Source: Chloroflexota bacterium (GTDB lineage: Bacteria > Chloroflexota > Limnocylindria > P2-11E). Taken from it: DNA of 64,000 nt. Shown here one piece after another: positions 16,710 through 26,198 of this stretch; positions within the stretch are counted from its first letter, which is position 1, and each line of letters starts with the position of its first letter. The position numbers were made by a program, and so were the translations under genes. The DNA is taken from the NCBI GenBank assembly GCA_005889075.1, contig VBDQ01000017.1:2075-66074 (forward strand), read 5' to 3'. A model generated the notes under the pieces. The model made no database searches, had not been told where the DNA came from, and worked only from the letters and a program-made list of their open reading frames with translations.

Positions 16710-18899
16710 GTGATCAGACGGCTCTTCGCCTTCCTCGTCACCATCGTCGTCTGCACCGTCTGGCTGATACCGGCCGCGACGCCACGCCAGAGCATCGCCG
16801 CGGCACAGACCCTCGCGAACGGGCTTGTCGTCTCCGGCGATTTCAAGGGCGCGGGCTACACGCAGCTCGCGTCGCTGTATGACCCCGCTGACAACCTCGG
16901 TGTCCGGATATCGGTGCTCGACAAGACTGGCACCGGCGATCAGTTCGCGGCGACGCAGTGGTTCACGAGCGGGCTCGATTCGCTCGACCTCGGACGGATG
17001 AAGGTCGTCGCGACGGACCTCAACGGCGACGGCAAGACCGACCTCGCCGCGCTCTACGACGACGGAGGCACGTCGGTGCGGCTCCTCGTGTGGCTGTCGA
17101 CCGGCGCTGGCTTCAACTTCACCGGGACCGCGGGCTGGTGGCGCAGCGACTCGTATGCGTTCAGCCGGACGAAGGCGATCCTCGCGGGGAACTTCGCCGG
17201 GGTCGCGGGCCACAACGGTCTCTTGCTCGTTTACCAGTACGACGGCTTCGACATGCGCATCCACTACTTCGAGTCGACAGGTTCCTCGTTCACCTACGGC
17301 GGCAACCAGGGCGTGTACGACTCCGGCCCCGGCCAGTACGACGCGACGCGCGCGCGGTTCGTCGTTGGCCACTTCACCCGGCCGGCGGGCCCGGACCAGG
17401 TCGCGTCGATCTACCAGTACCCGAACTTCAAGATCCGCGTGCACGTCTTCGATCCCGCGTCCAAGCCGACGGCCTGTCCGGTCGGCCTCACCGGCTGCGG
17501 GCTGGCACTGGTGCCGGTGAACGGCTGGGCGGGCGTCTGGGAGTCGGCCGAAAACACGTACGACCTCTCGCGGACGAAGATCGCCGCGGCTGACTTCGAC
17601 GGCGACCACCTGACGGACCTGCTCTCCTTCTATTGGTACAACGACGGCTCGGTGCACGTGCATCTGTTCAATGGCGCGAAGAGCCTCGCCTTCACCGACG
17701 CGAACGGCGTCGCGACGTTCGCCCCCTCCACGATCCCGTGGCTCCAGACGCAGATCGTCGCGGGCGACTGGAACGGCGACGGCTTCGGTGACCTCGCTAC
17801 CCTCACCTCGCTCGACGACGGCTCGACGCACGTCGGCGTGCTGCGCTCGAATCCGGCGTTCGTCGGCGGGCCGCGTGCGCTGCAGTGGAGCGCGAATCAG
17901 TGGGTCACCGCGGCGACCGATGTCGTGCAACCGGCGTGTACCGCCTGCTGGCCGCTCACTGGGATCGCGACGAGCAGCGCGCTCGCCAACCGGCGCGTCC
18001 TCGCCGTGAAGATCGACAACGCGCCGACGGCGCGGCCGCACTGGGGCATCAGCCAGGCGGACATGGTCGTCGAGCTCCTCGTCGAGGGCTTCATCACGCG
18101 GCTCGCGGCGTACTTCCAATCGCAGGACCCGGGGACGATCGGCGCGGTCCGCAGCGTCCGCTTCAGCGACCGCTACACGACCCCGATGGTGCGCGGCGTG
18201 CTTGTCTTCTCCGGCGCGTCGCAGCTCATGGAAGGGCTCGTGCGCGCCGACATCGCCAACGGCAACTACGTGGGCGTCTCACCGCAGCTCGGTGAGGGCA
18301 ACTCCTTCTATCGGACTGACGCCGACGGCAAGGTCGCGCCGCACAATCTGTTCACCTCGGCGAGCGCGCTTCGTACGGCCGCGAACGAGGTCGGCGGCGG
18401 TTCGCCGGTCGACGTGCCCAAATGGGGCTTCTTCCGATCGACCGACCACGGACCCACCGCAGGCGGATTCCTCGGCGCACAAGGCGCGAGCACGCTCACC
18501 ATCCCCTACCGCGCGGACGCGACTGTGCGTTACGACTACGACCCGACGAGCCGGACCTACGCTCGCTACCAGTCGAACGGGTCGAGCTTCGTGCGCGAGG
18601 TCGATGGGGCGAACGGCATCGCGATCCGCGCGAGCAACGTGGTCGTGATCAACACCGACGTCTGGGTGACGACCGTCATCGATGACGCGGGCGGCGCGCC
18701 GAGCCTCGACATGCGCCTCACCGGCATGGGCCACGCGTCGATCTTCCGCGACGGACGGCGCCAGGAGGCGACGTGGTATCGCGCGAGCTGGTTCGACCCA
18801 TTCACCTTCTACACCGATGAGGGCGAGAAGATCCTGCTCGAGCCCGGCCAGACCTGGATGCACATCCTTCCGCTCGACTGGGCGGTGCCCTCGAGCTAG
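16710..18899 (+). CDS. secreted/anchored FG-GAP (VCBS)-repeat protein fused to a DUF3048 (YerB-like) domain
   Basis: N-terminal anchor MIRRLFAFLVTIVVCTVWLIP. FG-GAP loops DLNGDGKTDL, DFDGDHLTDL and DWNGDGFGDL. The C-terminal CWPLTG...RRVLAVKIDNAPTARPHWGISQADMVVELLVEGFITRLAAYF is a DUF3048 signature. Confidence 0.8.
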   Translation: MIRRLFAFLVTIVVCTVWLIPAATPRQSIAAAQTLANGLVVSGDFKGAGYTQLASLYDPADNLGVRISVLDKTGTGDQFAATQWFTSGLDSLDLGRMKVVATDLNGDGKTDLAALYDDGGTSVRLLVWLSTGAGFNFTGTAGWWRSDSYAFSRTKAILAGNFAGVAGHNGLLLVYQYDGFDMRIHYFESTGSSFTYGGNQGVYDSGPGQYDATRARFVVGHFTRPAGPDQVASIYQYPNFKIRVHVFDPASKPTACPVGLTGCGLALVPVNGWAGVWESAENTYDLSRTKIAAADFDGDHLTDLLSFYWYNDGSVHVHLFNGAKSLAFTDANGVATFAPSTIPWLQTQIVAGDWNGDGFGDLATLTSLDDGSTHVGVLRSNPAFVGGPRALQWSANQWVTAATDVVQPACTACWPLTGIATSSALANRRVLAVKIDNAPTARPHWGISQADMVVELLVEGFITRLAAYFQSQDPGTIGAVRSVRFSDRYTTPMVRGVLVFSGASQLMEGLVRADIANGNYVGVSPQLGEGNSFYRTDADGKVAPHNLFTSASALRTAANEVGGGSPVDVPKWGFFRSTDHGPTAGGFLGAQGASTLTIPYRADATVRYDYDPTSRTYARYQSNGSSFVREVDGANGIAIRASNVVVINTDVWVTTVIDDAGGAPSLDMRLTGMGHASIFRDGRRQEATWYRASWFDPFTFYTDEGEKILLEPGQTWMHILPLDWAVPSS

Positions 18900-18916
18900 C
18901 ACCTACGCTTCCGCGC

Positions 18917-20056
18917 GTGGCGGAAGCGGTCCCGATCCTCGAGATCGGCGTCATCCTTCTTGGCGCGGCGCTGGTCGGATTCGCGGCGCGCCGCCTGGGT
19001 CTTCCGGCGGTCGTCGGCTATCTCATCGTCGGCCTCGTCGTCGGCCCGTTCACGCCGGGATACGTGGCCGACCGTCACCAGATCCAAGTTCTCGCCGACG
19101 TTGGGGTGGTTCTGTTGCTGTTCGAGGTCGGGATCGAGCTCGACCTTCGCGCGTTGCGCCGGGAGCCGCTCGGCATCCTCGCCGCCGTGCCGGCGCAGGT
19201 CGCGCTCGTGACCTTTGCCGGTGCGCTCGTCTTCGTCGCGCTCGGGAGCGATGGGCTCGGTGCCATAACGCTCGGCCTCGCGGTCGGGCTCTCGAGCTCG
19301 ATCGTGATCGTGAACATCACGCGCTCGAAGCGCCGGACGCTCGACGACGCCTCCGCGCGCGCGCTGCTCGTGTGGTCGGTCTTGCAGGACGTCGTCACCC
19401 TCGTGGCGGCGACGATCCTCACCGTCGTGCTCTCGCCCGGCGAGGCGGGCAGCGCACCCATCGCGTTCGGCAAAGCCGTCCTCTTCGTCGCGCTTGCCGC
19501 CACGGTCCAGGACTGGGTATTGCCGCGCCTGCTGCGCGGCGTCCGCGACGAGCAGGACACGTTCCTCATCGTCGCGGTGTCGGCGGCGCTCGTCACCGCC
19601 GGGCTCGGCGCCGCGATCTTCGGCGTGCCGCTCGCGCTCGCCGCGTTCATTTCGGGGCTCTTCCTCTCGATCCGCGTCGAAGCGCAGGAGGCACGGCGCG
19701 AGGTGCTGCCGTTCCGCGACCTCTTCGCGGTCATGTTCTTCGTCGCGATCGGGACGCTCGTCGATCCCGCCGCGATCGCCCGCGAGCCGGTCTGGCTCGT
19801 CGCGGTCCTCGCGCTCGTCGGCGTGAAGGTGCTCGCGAGCTGGCTCTTTGCGTGGCTCTTCCGCGTGCCGGCGCGGCGGCCGCAGCTCGGCGTCGGCCTC
19901 GGTCAGATCGGCGAGTTCAGCTTCGTCGTCCTGGGCCTCGGCACCGGCGCGGGAGTCGTCAGCGCGGCCCAATTCAGTGCGGCGCTCGCCGCGGCGGCGA
20001 TCACGATCGCGGCGTCAGCGGTCGGCGTTCGGATGTTCCCCCGCGGCGCGCCATAA
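18917..20056 (+). CDS. cation:proton antiporter (CPA2/Kef-type membrane domain)
   Basis: LGLPAVVGYLIVGLVVGP...LLLFEVGIELDL is the typical Na+/H+ exchanger family N-terminus. Polytopic. Confidence 0.85.
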   Translation: MAEAVPILEIGVILLGAALVGFAARRLGLPAVVGYLIVGLVVGPFTPGYVADRHQIQVLADVGVVLLLFEVGIELDLRALRREPLGILAAVPAQVALVTFAGALVFVALGSDGLGAITLGLAVGLSSSIVIVNITRSKRRTLDDASARALLVWSVLQDVVTLVAATILTVVLSPGEAGSAPIAFGKAVLFVALAATVQDWVLPRLLRGVRDEQDTFLIVAVSAALVTAGLGAAIFGVPLALAAFISGLFLSIRVEAQEARREVLPFRDLFAVMFFVAIGTLVDPAAIAREPVWLVAVLALVGVKVLASWLFAWLFRVPARRPQLGVGLGQIGEFSFVVLGLGTGAGVVSAAQFSAALAAAAITIAASAVGVRMFPRGAP

Positions 20057-20875
20057 CGCGTCCCAGATCGCGCGCCGCTCGGCGTCGGTCGGCTTCCGCT
20101 CGAGCCGCGCGCGCAGCGCCGACACGCCACGCGCCGCAAGCGCGCCCCAGGCCTTCGGCCGCGCGCTTCGCGTTCCCATCGCGAGATCCGGCCAGGCGGC
20201 GACCGTCTCGCGCGCGACGTCGGCCGCCACGTCGACGACGTCGATCTGCGCGAACAAGCCATCGACGCGGGGCGCGCCACGCTCCCAAACGAGCGGGACA
20301 CGGAAGAGCGGTCCGGCGAACGCGAAGCTGTGGTACTCGCCGTTCTCTCCGCAAGGATCGACGCCGGTCTTGGCGATCGCGTCGACGAACGAGTCGTCGA
20401 TGACGCGCCCGAGCCAGCTTTCGTCGAGCTTCGCGAGCTCCACGCAGGTGACGACCGCGCGCATCCCGGTCACGACGTTCTCGCGTAGGACGTCCGCGGG
20501 CGGCTCGCCCCAGATGGGCTCGACGTGCTCGAGGCCGGCCGCGCGCACACGTTCCTCGTACCACGCCCGCACGTCGGCGAGGTGGATATCGCCGAAGATC
20601 ACGCCATCGAAGCCCTCCGCCTTCAGGTTGGCGAGCGCACCGCGAAAGGCGCCCTCGAAGTCCTCCCAAGTGGTCGCGATCTGGCGGAGCGGGATGCGGG
20701 TCGCGGCGGCCTGCGCCGCGATCACCTCGGCGCGCGTCGCGTGGAACCGGACACGCCTGGATGGTGCGTCGTAGAAATTGAGCAGCAGCCTCACATCGAG
20801 GCCGCGCTCGCGCCCTCGCCAGACCGCGAACGCGCCATCCTTCCCACCGGACCACATCGCCGCATAGCTCGTCAC
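20015..20875 (-). CDS. Dph6/MJ0570-like (DUF71) ATP pyrophosphatase family protein
   Basis: MWSGGKDGAFA PP-loop-like motif. GENGEYHSFAFAGPLF. A roughly 70-aa C-terminal extension overlaps the convergent antiporter gene by 42 nt. Confidence 0.7.
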   Translation of the reverse strand: MTSYAAMWSGGKDGAFAVWRGRERGLDVRLLLNFYDAPSRRVRFHATRAEVIAAQAAATRIPLRQIATTWEDFEGAFRGALANLKAEGFDGVIFGDIHLADVRAWYEERVRAAGLEHVEPIWGEPPADVLRENVVTGMRAVVTCVELAKLDESWLGRVIDDSFVDAIAKTGVDPCGENGEYHSFAFAGPLFRVPLVWERGAPRVDGLFAQIDVVDVAADVARETVAAWPDLAMGTRSARPKAWGALAARGVSALRARLERKPTDAERRAIWDALWRAAGEHPNADR

Positions 20876-20893
20876 GCTCGTACCCTATCGGCG

Positions 20894-21766
20894 ATGCGCA
20901 TCGTGTCGCTGGTGCCGGCTGCGACCGAGATCGCGTGCGCGCTCGGCGCGACGGGTGAGCTTGTCGCGGTGACGCACGACGACGATTTCCCGCCCGAGGT
21001 CCTCTCGCTGCCGCGGGTCACTCGCTCGACGATCCCGCCGCACGCGACCGCCCGCGAGATCGACACGCTGGTTCGCGAGGCCGGCGGTCGCGGCGAGAGC
21101 ACGTTCCACCTCGACGAGGCCGCGCTGCGCGACGCGAGACCAGACCTCATCCTCGGCCAGACGCTCTGCGCGGTGTGCGCGGTGACGCTCGAGCGCGTCC
21201 CGACCTTCGCGCGTCCTCCCGTCGTGGTGGCGCTCGACGCCTCGTCGCTCGAGGGGATGCTCCGCGATGTGCGACGGGTCGGCGACGCGTTGGGCCGGAC
21301 GCGCGAGGCTGACGAGCTCGTCGCCACACTCCGCCGGCGCATCGCGGCGGTCGAGAAGGCCGTTGCGGAAACGGAACGGCCGCGCGTCGCGTGCCTCGAG
21401 TGGCTGGATCCGCTCTTCAATGGCGGGCACTGGGTGCCGGAGCAGGTCGCGATCGCGGGCGGAGCCGACGTCCTTGGGCGTGCGGGCGAGCGTTCGCGCG
21501 AAGTCACGCACGACCAGGTCGTGGCCGCACGACCAGAGATCGTCGTCGCGATGCCATGCGGCTGGGACGCGCAACGCGCCGCCAAAGAGGCCGAGGCGCT
21601 GGCACGGATCGCGGGCGCGCGCGTCTTCGGCGTCGACGGTGCGGCGTACTTCAGCCGGCCCGGTCCCCGTCTCGTCGACGGGATCGAGCTTCTCGCCTCG
21701 ATCCTGCATCCCGACCACGTCGCGCCGCCGACCGGCGCGCTCGCGATCGAGCTGTCGCTGGTCTAG
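20894..21766 (+). CDS. BtuF/FhuD-like (periplasmic binding protein type 2) domain protein lacking a signal peptide
   Basis: ATG 20894, internal to track ORF 20525..21766. MRIVSLVPAATEIACALGATGELVAV...PDLILGQ...RVACLEW is the typical class III SBP layout. No signal or lipobox. Confidence 0.65.
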   Translation: MRIVSLVPAATEIACALGATGELVAVTHDDDFPPEVLSLPRVTRSTIPPHATAREIDTLVREAGGRGESTFHLDEAALRDARPDLILGQTLCAVCAVTLERVPTFARPPVVVALDASSLEGMLRDVRRVGDALGRTREADELVATLRRRIAAVEKAVAETERPRVACLEWLDPLFNGGHWVPEQVAIAGGADVLGRAGERSREVTHDQVVAARPEIVVAMPCGWDAQRAAKEAEALARIAGARVFGVDGAAYFSRPGPRLVDGIELLASILHPDHVAPPTGALAIELSLV

Positions 21767-22155
21767 GTCCCGAGGAACCCGATGATCGCGCCCTGGACGA
21801 TGGCCGCGACCACCTGATAGCCCGCGGTGATGGCGTAGAGGCGCGGCGGTCGTCCGGCGAAGAGCACCTCCGCGAACATCGCCGTCGCGACGAAGCCGAG
21901 TCCGACGTACAGCCCGATGATCGCGCCGGCTGAGCCGCTATTCGCGCCGGTCTGTCCAATGAACCACCACATCGTGATCGCCTCGACGATCGCGGCGACC
22001 GCGGTCAACGCGTACAGCGGGCCGGTTTGCTGGCCTTCGCCCATCGCCCGACCGGAGAGCTGCATCCAGCTTCTTCCGAACGCCCAGGTGCCATACCAGA
22101 GGAAGCCGACGACCATGTTCGCGATTGCGGCGAGGATGATCGCGAGCCAGTTCAC
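21763..22155 (-). CDS. DUF1761 family membrane protein
   Basis: MNWLAIILAAIANMVVGFLWYGTWAFGRSWMQLSG matches the DUF1761 N-terminal signature. 4 TM helices. Confidence 0.7.
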   Translation of the reverse strand: MNWLAIILAAIANMVVGFLWYGTWAFGRSWMQLSGRAMGEGQQTGPLYALTAVAAIVEAITMWWFIGQTGANSGSAGAIIGLYVGLGFVATAMFAEVLFAGRPPRLYAITAGYQVVAAIVQGAIIGFLGT

Positions 22156-22256
22156 GTTTCCCTCCTCAAGCGTGTTTGTGTCGCGGGGCTGACCCTATTG
22201 CGGCAGAAGCAGGAGCACAAGCACCACCTCGCTTCCCTTCTCTAAACTCGCGCGCC

Positions 22257-25200
22257 ATGCGTGTCGCTTGGCTGGGTGAGCCCGCGTCGTTCGATGAGTC
22301 GGTCGTGGGCGGGAAGAGCGCCAACCTCGGCCGCCTCGCGGCGACCTTCCGCGTCCCGCCCGGTTTCTGCATCGACGCCGCGGTGCAGGCGCGGCTGGGC
22401 GCCGCGGTGAACGGCGACGCGTCAGCGCATGCCGAGCTGCACGAGCTGATCGCGACGTCGTACACGGAGCTCGGCCGACGGACCGGGGATACGCGTCCGC
22501 GCGTGGCCGTCCGCTCGTCGGCGATCGGCGAGGACTCCCGCGACGCGTCTTTCGCGGGCCAGTACGAGAGCGTCCTCAATGTCGCGGGCGCGCCCGAGGT
22601 CGTGGACGCCGTGCTCCACTGCTGGCGATCGGTGTCGTCGGCGCGTGCGGTCGCCTACCGGCGCGAGCGCGGCATGACCGAGACCCCGCGCGTGGCGGTC
22701 CTGGTCCAGGTCATGGTCGACCCGGATGTCTCCGCGATCGCCTTCAGCGCGGATCCGGTGAGCGGCTCGCGCGAGGTCGTCGTCGTGAATGCCGCACGTG
22801 GACTCGGCGATGCCATTGCATCGGGGACGATCACACCGGACACGTTCAGGCTCCGCAAAAGCGATCTCGCGATCCTCGAGCGTCGCGCCACGAACGGCGA
22901 TCCGATCGCCGACGACGCGGTCGTCGCGGTCGCGCGACTGACCGAGCAGCTGGAGCGCGCGATGGGCTGGCCGGTCGACATCGAATGTGCGCGCCAAGGT
23001 GACGAGCTCTACCTGCTGCAATGCCGTCCCATCACGACGCTGGGCGAAGAGTTTCCGATCGTGTGGCCACAGCCCGGCGACGACGCGCTCACGTGGACAC
23101 AGGAGGACACGCACTTCGACCAGGCGCTCGGCCCGCTGGCGATCGACTTCATCCGCAACGCCGTCGACTACACGATCCAGAAGCGGCTGCGCGACACCGG
23201 CTCGCCCGTGCGCGTCCGGCACGCGGCCTTCAACGGCCGGTTCTACGTGAGCTCGGAGCGAATCGTTCCGCCGGATGACTTTGCTGCGGCGATCGCGGCG
23301 GCGACGGCGCGCCGGCGCAGTGGTGCGCGGACGCTCCGACAGCTATGGCACGACGAGATGCTCCCGGAGCTGCAGAGGCACTACGAATGGATGCGCGCGC
23401 TCGATGTCATGACGATGCCCGCCGCAGCCGCGGCCGCTGCGTGGGCTGACCTCTGGCGCCGCGTCCGACGGATCTGGGTGCTCCACTTCACGGTCACCGG
23501 ATCCGCATACCCGGTCATGGAGGAGCTCGCCGAGGCCTACGCGGCCGCGACCGGCGAGGCCGGCACCGCTGCCTTTGCGATCATCGCTGGCCTCGCGCCG
23601 ACGCTGCAGCAGCTCGAGGTCGATCTCGAGTCACTCGTCGAGACCGCGCGGGCCTCGGGCGGCACGGAGTCGGCCGACTTCGCGCGAGCCCTCGCGTCGT
23701 TCCTCGCGCGGCACGGCGACGTCGGCCAGGAGACACTCGACGTCGCGTCACCCGCGTGGCGCGACGATCCCGCGCGCCTCATCGCGCTCGTCTCCGCGCG
23801 GGCGCGCGCCGAGCCCGGCGAGACCGCGGCCGACCGCCAGGCCCGACTGCGGGCGCGCGCCGACGAGCTCGTCGCGCGCGCTCGCGCGCACCTTTCCGAC
23901 CGCTCCGCGGAGCGCGAGCGATTCGACGAGATCGTGACCGCGGCGTGCGCTGCCGGACCGCTGACCGAAGAGCACAACTACTGGATCGACCGGGTCTCGC
24001 AGGCGCTGGTCCGCCGAGCCGCGCTCGCCTTCGGCGACCGGCTCGCCCGCGACGGCGCGATCGCCTCGCCCGAGGATGTCTTCCTTCTCTACGCAGCCGA
24101 GGTCGAGGCGGTGCTGCGGCAGCCTTCCGACCAGCGTGCGCTCGTGGAGCACCATGCGAGCGAGCTGCGGCGCTGGAAGCGGCTCCGCGCGCCGAAGACG
24201 ATCGGCACGCCTCCGAGTCGCGCACCCGAAGGCGAAAAAGCGCCGGCCGCGGTCGTGGATGCGCCGGACGGCAGGTACCTGCTCAAGGGAGCCGGGGCGT
24301 CCATTGGAGTGGGCCGAGGGCCCGCGCGGCTGGTGCGCGACGACGGCGACTTCGCGAAGATGCGAGACGGCGACGTCCTCGTCTGCCACGCCTCGACGGT
24401 GTCATGGATCCCGCTGTTCACGATGGCATCGGCCATCGTCACGGAGATCGGCGGCGTCCTCGAGCACGCCGCCGTCGTGGCGCGCGAGTTCGGCGTTCCG
24501 GCGGTCGTCGGCGTCGAGGCGGCGCTCACGACGCTCGCCGACGGCGAGCCGCTCGAGGTGGACGGCGCGACCGGCCTGGTCAAGCGCCTGTTCCCGGTGA
24601 AATGGTCCGATCCCGACGACGCCAAGCTGCTCTGGCGGCGCGACGACGCGCACAACACCCGCGTGATCGCGCCGCTCGCGATCGAGTACGTTCGGCATGG
24701 CGCGACCTACGGGATGAGACGGCGCGACGCCGAGCTCGGGCCACCCGTCGTGCAGCGGATCGATGCGTTCAACGGGCGCACCTACACGAGCACGCGCTGG
24801 CTAAAACCTGCCGACGAGATGCCGTCGCATCTGCGCGCCGCCCAGCTGCGCCGTCGCGAGCTCGCGCGCCGGATCCGCCGCGATTGGGACGAGCGCTACC
24901 TTCCCGAGCTCGACGAGCACTACCGCTGGATGCGCGCGCTCTCCGTTTCCGAGCTCACGCCGCAGGAGGCCGCCGAGGCGTGGGACGATCTCTGGCGCCG
25001 CCACCGTCGCGCGTGGCGCATCCACATGCTCGTCACGGCCGGCTCGTACGCGGTCATGGATGAGCTCTCCGAGATATGGGTGGAGCTCCTCGGCGGCGAG
25101 CAGTCCGACGCGTTCGCGCTCACGCAGGGCCGCGCGCAAACGCTGCAGCGTCTGGAGCGGGACCTGCACGGGCTCACCGAGAGCGCGCGGCGATCGTCGC

Positions 25201-26198
25201 CCGTCGCCGCCGCGATGACGCGCGGCGCGACGCTCGCGGAGCTGCGGTCGCTCGATGCCGGGTTCGGCGACGCGGTTGACGCGTTCCTCCGCGCTCACGG
25301 AGACGCCGGCGAGTCCGGCGAAGGCTTTGGCGCGCGGTCCTGGCGAGACGACCCCGAACTGCTCCTCCAGGCCGTCGCGAGGCGTCTCGCCGCGCCGGTC
25401 GACCATCCCGACGATCGGCTCAAGCGCCTGCGCGATCGAGTGGCGAAGCTCGAGCGCGACGCGCGCCAGCGGCTGGCGGACCGGCCCGACGCGCTCGCGC
25501 GTTTCGAGGAAGTTCTCGCGGCAGCGCAGGCCGCCGGCCCGCTCACCGAAGAGCACAACTACTGGCTCGACCGGCGGAACATGACCAACGTCGCGGGCGC
25601 CGCTCGCGCGTTCGGCGCGAGACTCGTCCGCGACGGGGCACTGCGCGACGGGGATGAGGTCTTCCTTCTCTATGTCGCCGAGGTCCGCCAGGCGCTGCGC
25701 AAGCCGATGGACCTGTCCGCGCTCATCGCCGAACGGATCGAGGAGCAGCTAAGGTGGCGCACGTTCGAGGCGCCCGAAACCATCGGCACCGCGGATCCGG
25801 TGCAGCACGGCGCCGCAACGGCGACGATCGGCATGCGCCATCTTCTCTATCGCGCCGCGCAGGACGACCCAACGCGGGTGTTGCACGGCGCCGCCGCATC
25901 CGCGGGGGTCGCGCGCGGTCCGGCGCGGCTCATCCGCGAGCTCGACGAGTTCCCGCGTTTCCACCGGGGCGACGTGCTCGTCTGCCAGTCGTCGAACGTC
26001 TCGTGGATACCGCTCTTCACCACCGCGGCCGCGGTCGTCACCGACGTCGGCGGCGCGCTCTCGCATGCGGCGGTCGTCGCGCGCGAGTTCGGCATACCCG
26101 CCGTCGTCGGCACGTCGGTTGCGCTCACGACACTGCAAGACGGCGAGCCGCTCGAGGTCGACGGCTCGCGCGGACTCGTGCGCAGGCTCTCGGCCTAG
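22257..26198 (+). CDS. PEP-utilising phosphotransferase (rifampicin-phosphotransferase-like) with one ATP-grasp domain and two tandem substrate-domain + phosphohistidine swivel modules
   Basis: ATG 22257 (the track starts at 22176). N-terminus VGGKSANLGRL...RSSAIGEDSRDASFAGQYES...LYLLQCRPIT is PPDK_N ATP-grasp. Two swivel domains: GDVLVCHASTVSWIPLFTMASAIVTEIGGVLEHAAVVAREFGVPAVVG and GDVLVCQSSNVSWIPLFTTAAAVVTDVGGALSHAAVVAREFGIPAVVG. Confidence 0.85.
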   Translation: MRVAWLGEPASFDESVVGGKSANLGRLAATFRVPPGFCIDAAVQARLGAAVNGDASAHAELHELIATSYTELGRRTGDTRPRVAVRSSAIGEDSRDASFAGQYESVLNVAGAPEVVDAVLHCWRSVSSARAVAYRRERGMTETPRVAVLVQVMVDPDVSAIAFSADPVSGSREVVVVNAARGLGDAIASGTITPDTFRLRKSDLAILERRATNGDPIADDAVVAVARLTEQLERAMGWPVDIECARQGDELYLLQCRPITTLGEEFPIVWPQPGDDALTWTQEDTHFDQALGPLAIDFIRNAVDYTIQKRLRDTGSPVRVRHAAFNGRFYVSSERIVPPDDFAAAIAAATARRRSGARTLRQLWHDEMLPELQRHYEWMRALDVMTMPAAAAAAAWADLWRRVRRIWVLHFTVTGSAYPVMEELAEAYAAATGEAGTAAFAIIAGLAPTLQQLEVDLESLVETARASGGTESADFARALASFLARHGDVGQETLDVASPAWRDDPARLIALVSARARAEPGETAADRQARLRARADELVARARAHLSDRSAERERFDEIVTAACAAGPLTEEHNYWIDRVSQALVRRAALAFGDRLARDGAIASPEDVFLLYAAEVEAVLRQPSDQRALVEHHASELRRWKRLRAPKTIGTPPSRAPEGEKAPAAVVDAPDGRYLLKGAGASIGVGRGPARLVRDDGDFAKMRDGDVLVCHASTVSWIPLFTMASAIVTEIGGVLEHAAVVAREFGVPAVVGVEAALTTLADGEPLEVDGATGLVKRLFPVKWSDPDDAKLLWRRDDAHNTRVIAPLAIEYVRHGATYGMRRRDAELGPPVVQRIDAFNGRTYTSTRWLKPADEMPSHLRAAQLRRRELARRIRRDWDERYLPELDEHYRWMRALSVSELTPQEAAEAWDDLWRRHRRAWRIHMLVTAGSYAVMDELSEIWVELLGGEQSDAFALTQGRAQTLQRLERDLHGLTESARRSSPVAAAMTRGATLAELRSLDAGFGDAVDAFLRAHGDAGESGEGFGARSWRDDPELLLQAVARRLAAPVDHPDDRLKRLRDRVAKLERDARQRLADRPDALARFEEVLAAAQAAGPLTEEHNYWLDRRNMTNVAGAARAFGARLVRDGALRDGDEVFLLYVAEVRQALRKPMDLSALIAERIEEQLRWRTFEAPETIGTADPVQHGAATATIGMRHLLYRAAQDDPTRVLHGAAASAGVARGPARLIRELDEFPRFHRGDVLVCQSSNVSWIPLFTTAAAVVTDVGGALSHAAVVAREFGIPAVVGTSVALTTLQDGEPLEVDGSRGLVRRLSA
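23052..26195 (+). repeat. intragenic tandem duplication: module 1 (23052-24590) and module 2 (24591-26195)
   Basis: Both modules start FP(I/V)xW and end GEPLEVDGxxGLVxRL. Collinear shared blocks are PLAI, AFNGRxY, LPELxxHYxWMRAL, AWxDLWRR, AAGPLTEEHNYWxDR, (D/E)VFLLYxAEV, RGPARLxR and the swivel domain. Confidence 0.8.

Noticed and set aside
18682-20403. 573-aa plus-strand ORF, with similar very long alternate-frame ORFs at 25749..27734, 48812..51271, 59821..61734, 16641..18119, 48444..49976 and 23756..25063
   Set aside because: All are Arg/Ala/Pro/Gly-rich and have no recognisable domains. Each overlaps, out of frame or antisense, genes with strong family motifs (antiporter, MFS, modC/moeA/moaC, ABC permease/ATPase, FG-GAP protein, phosphotransferase).
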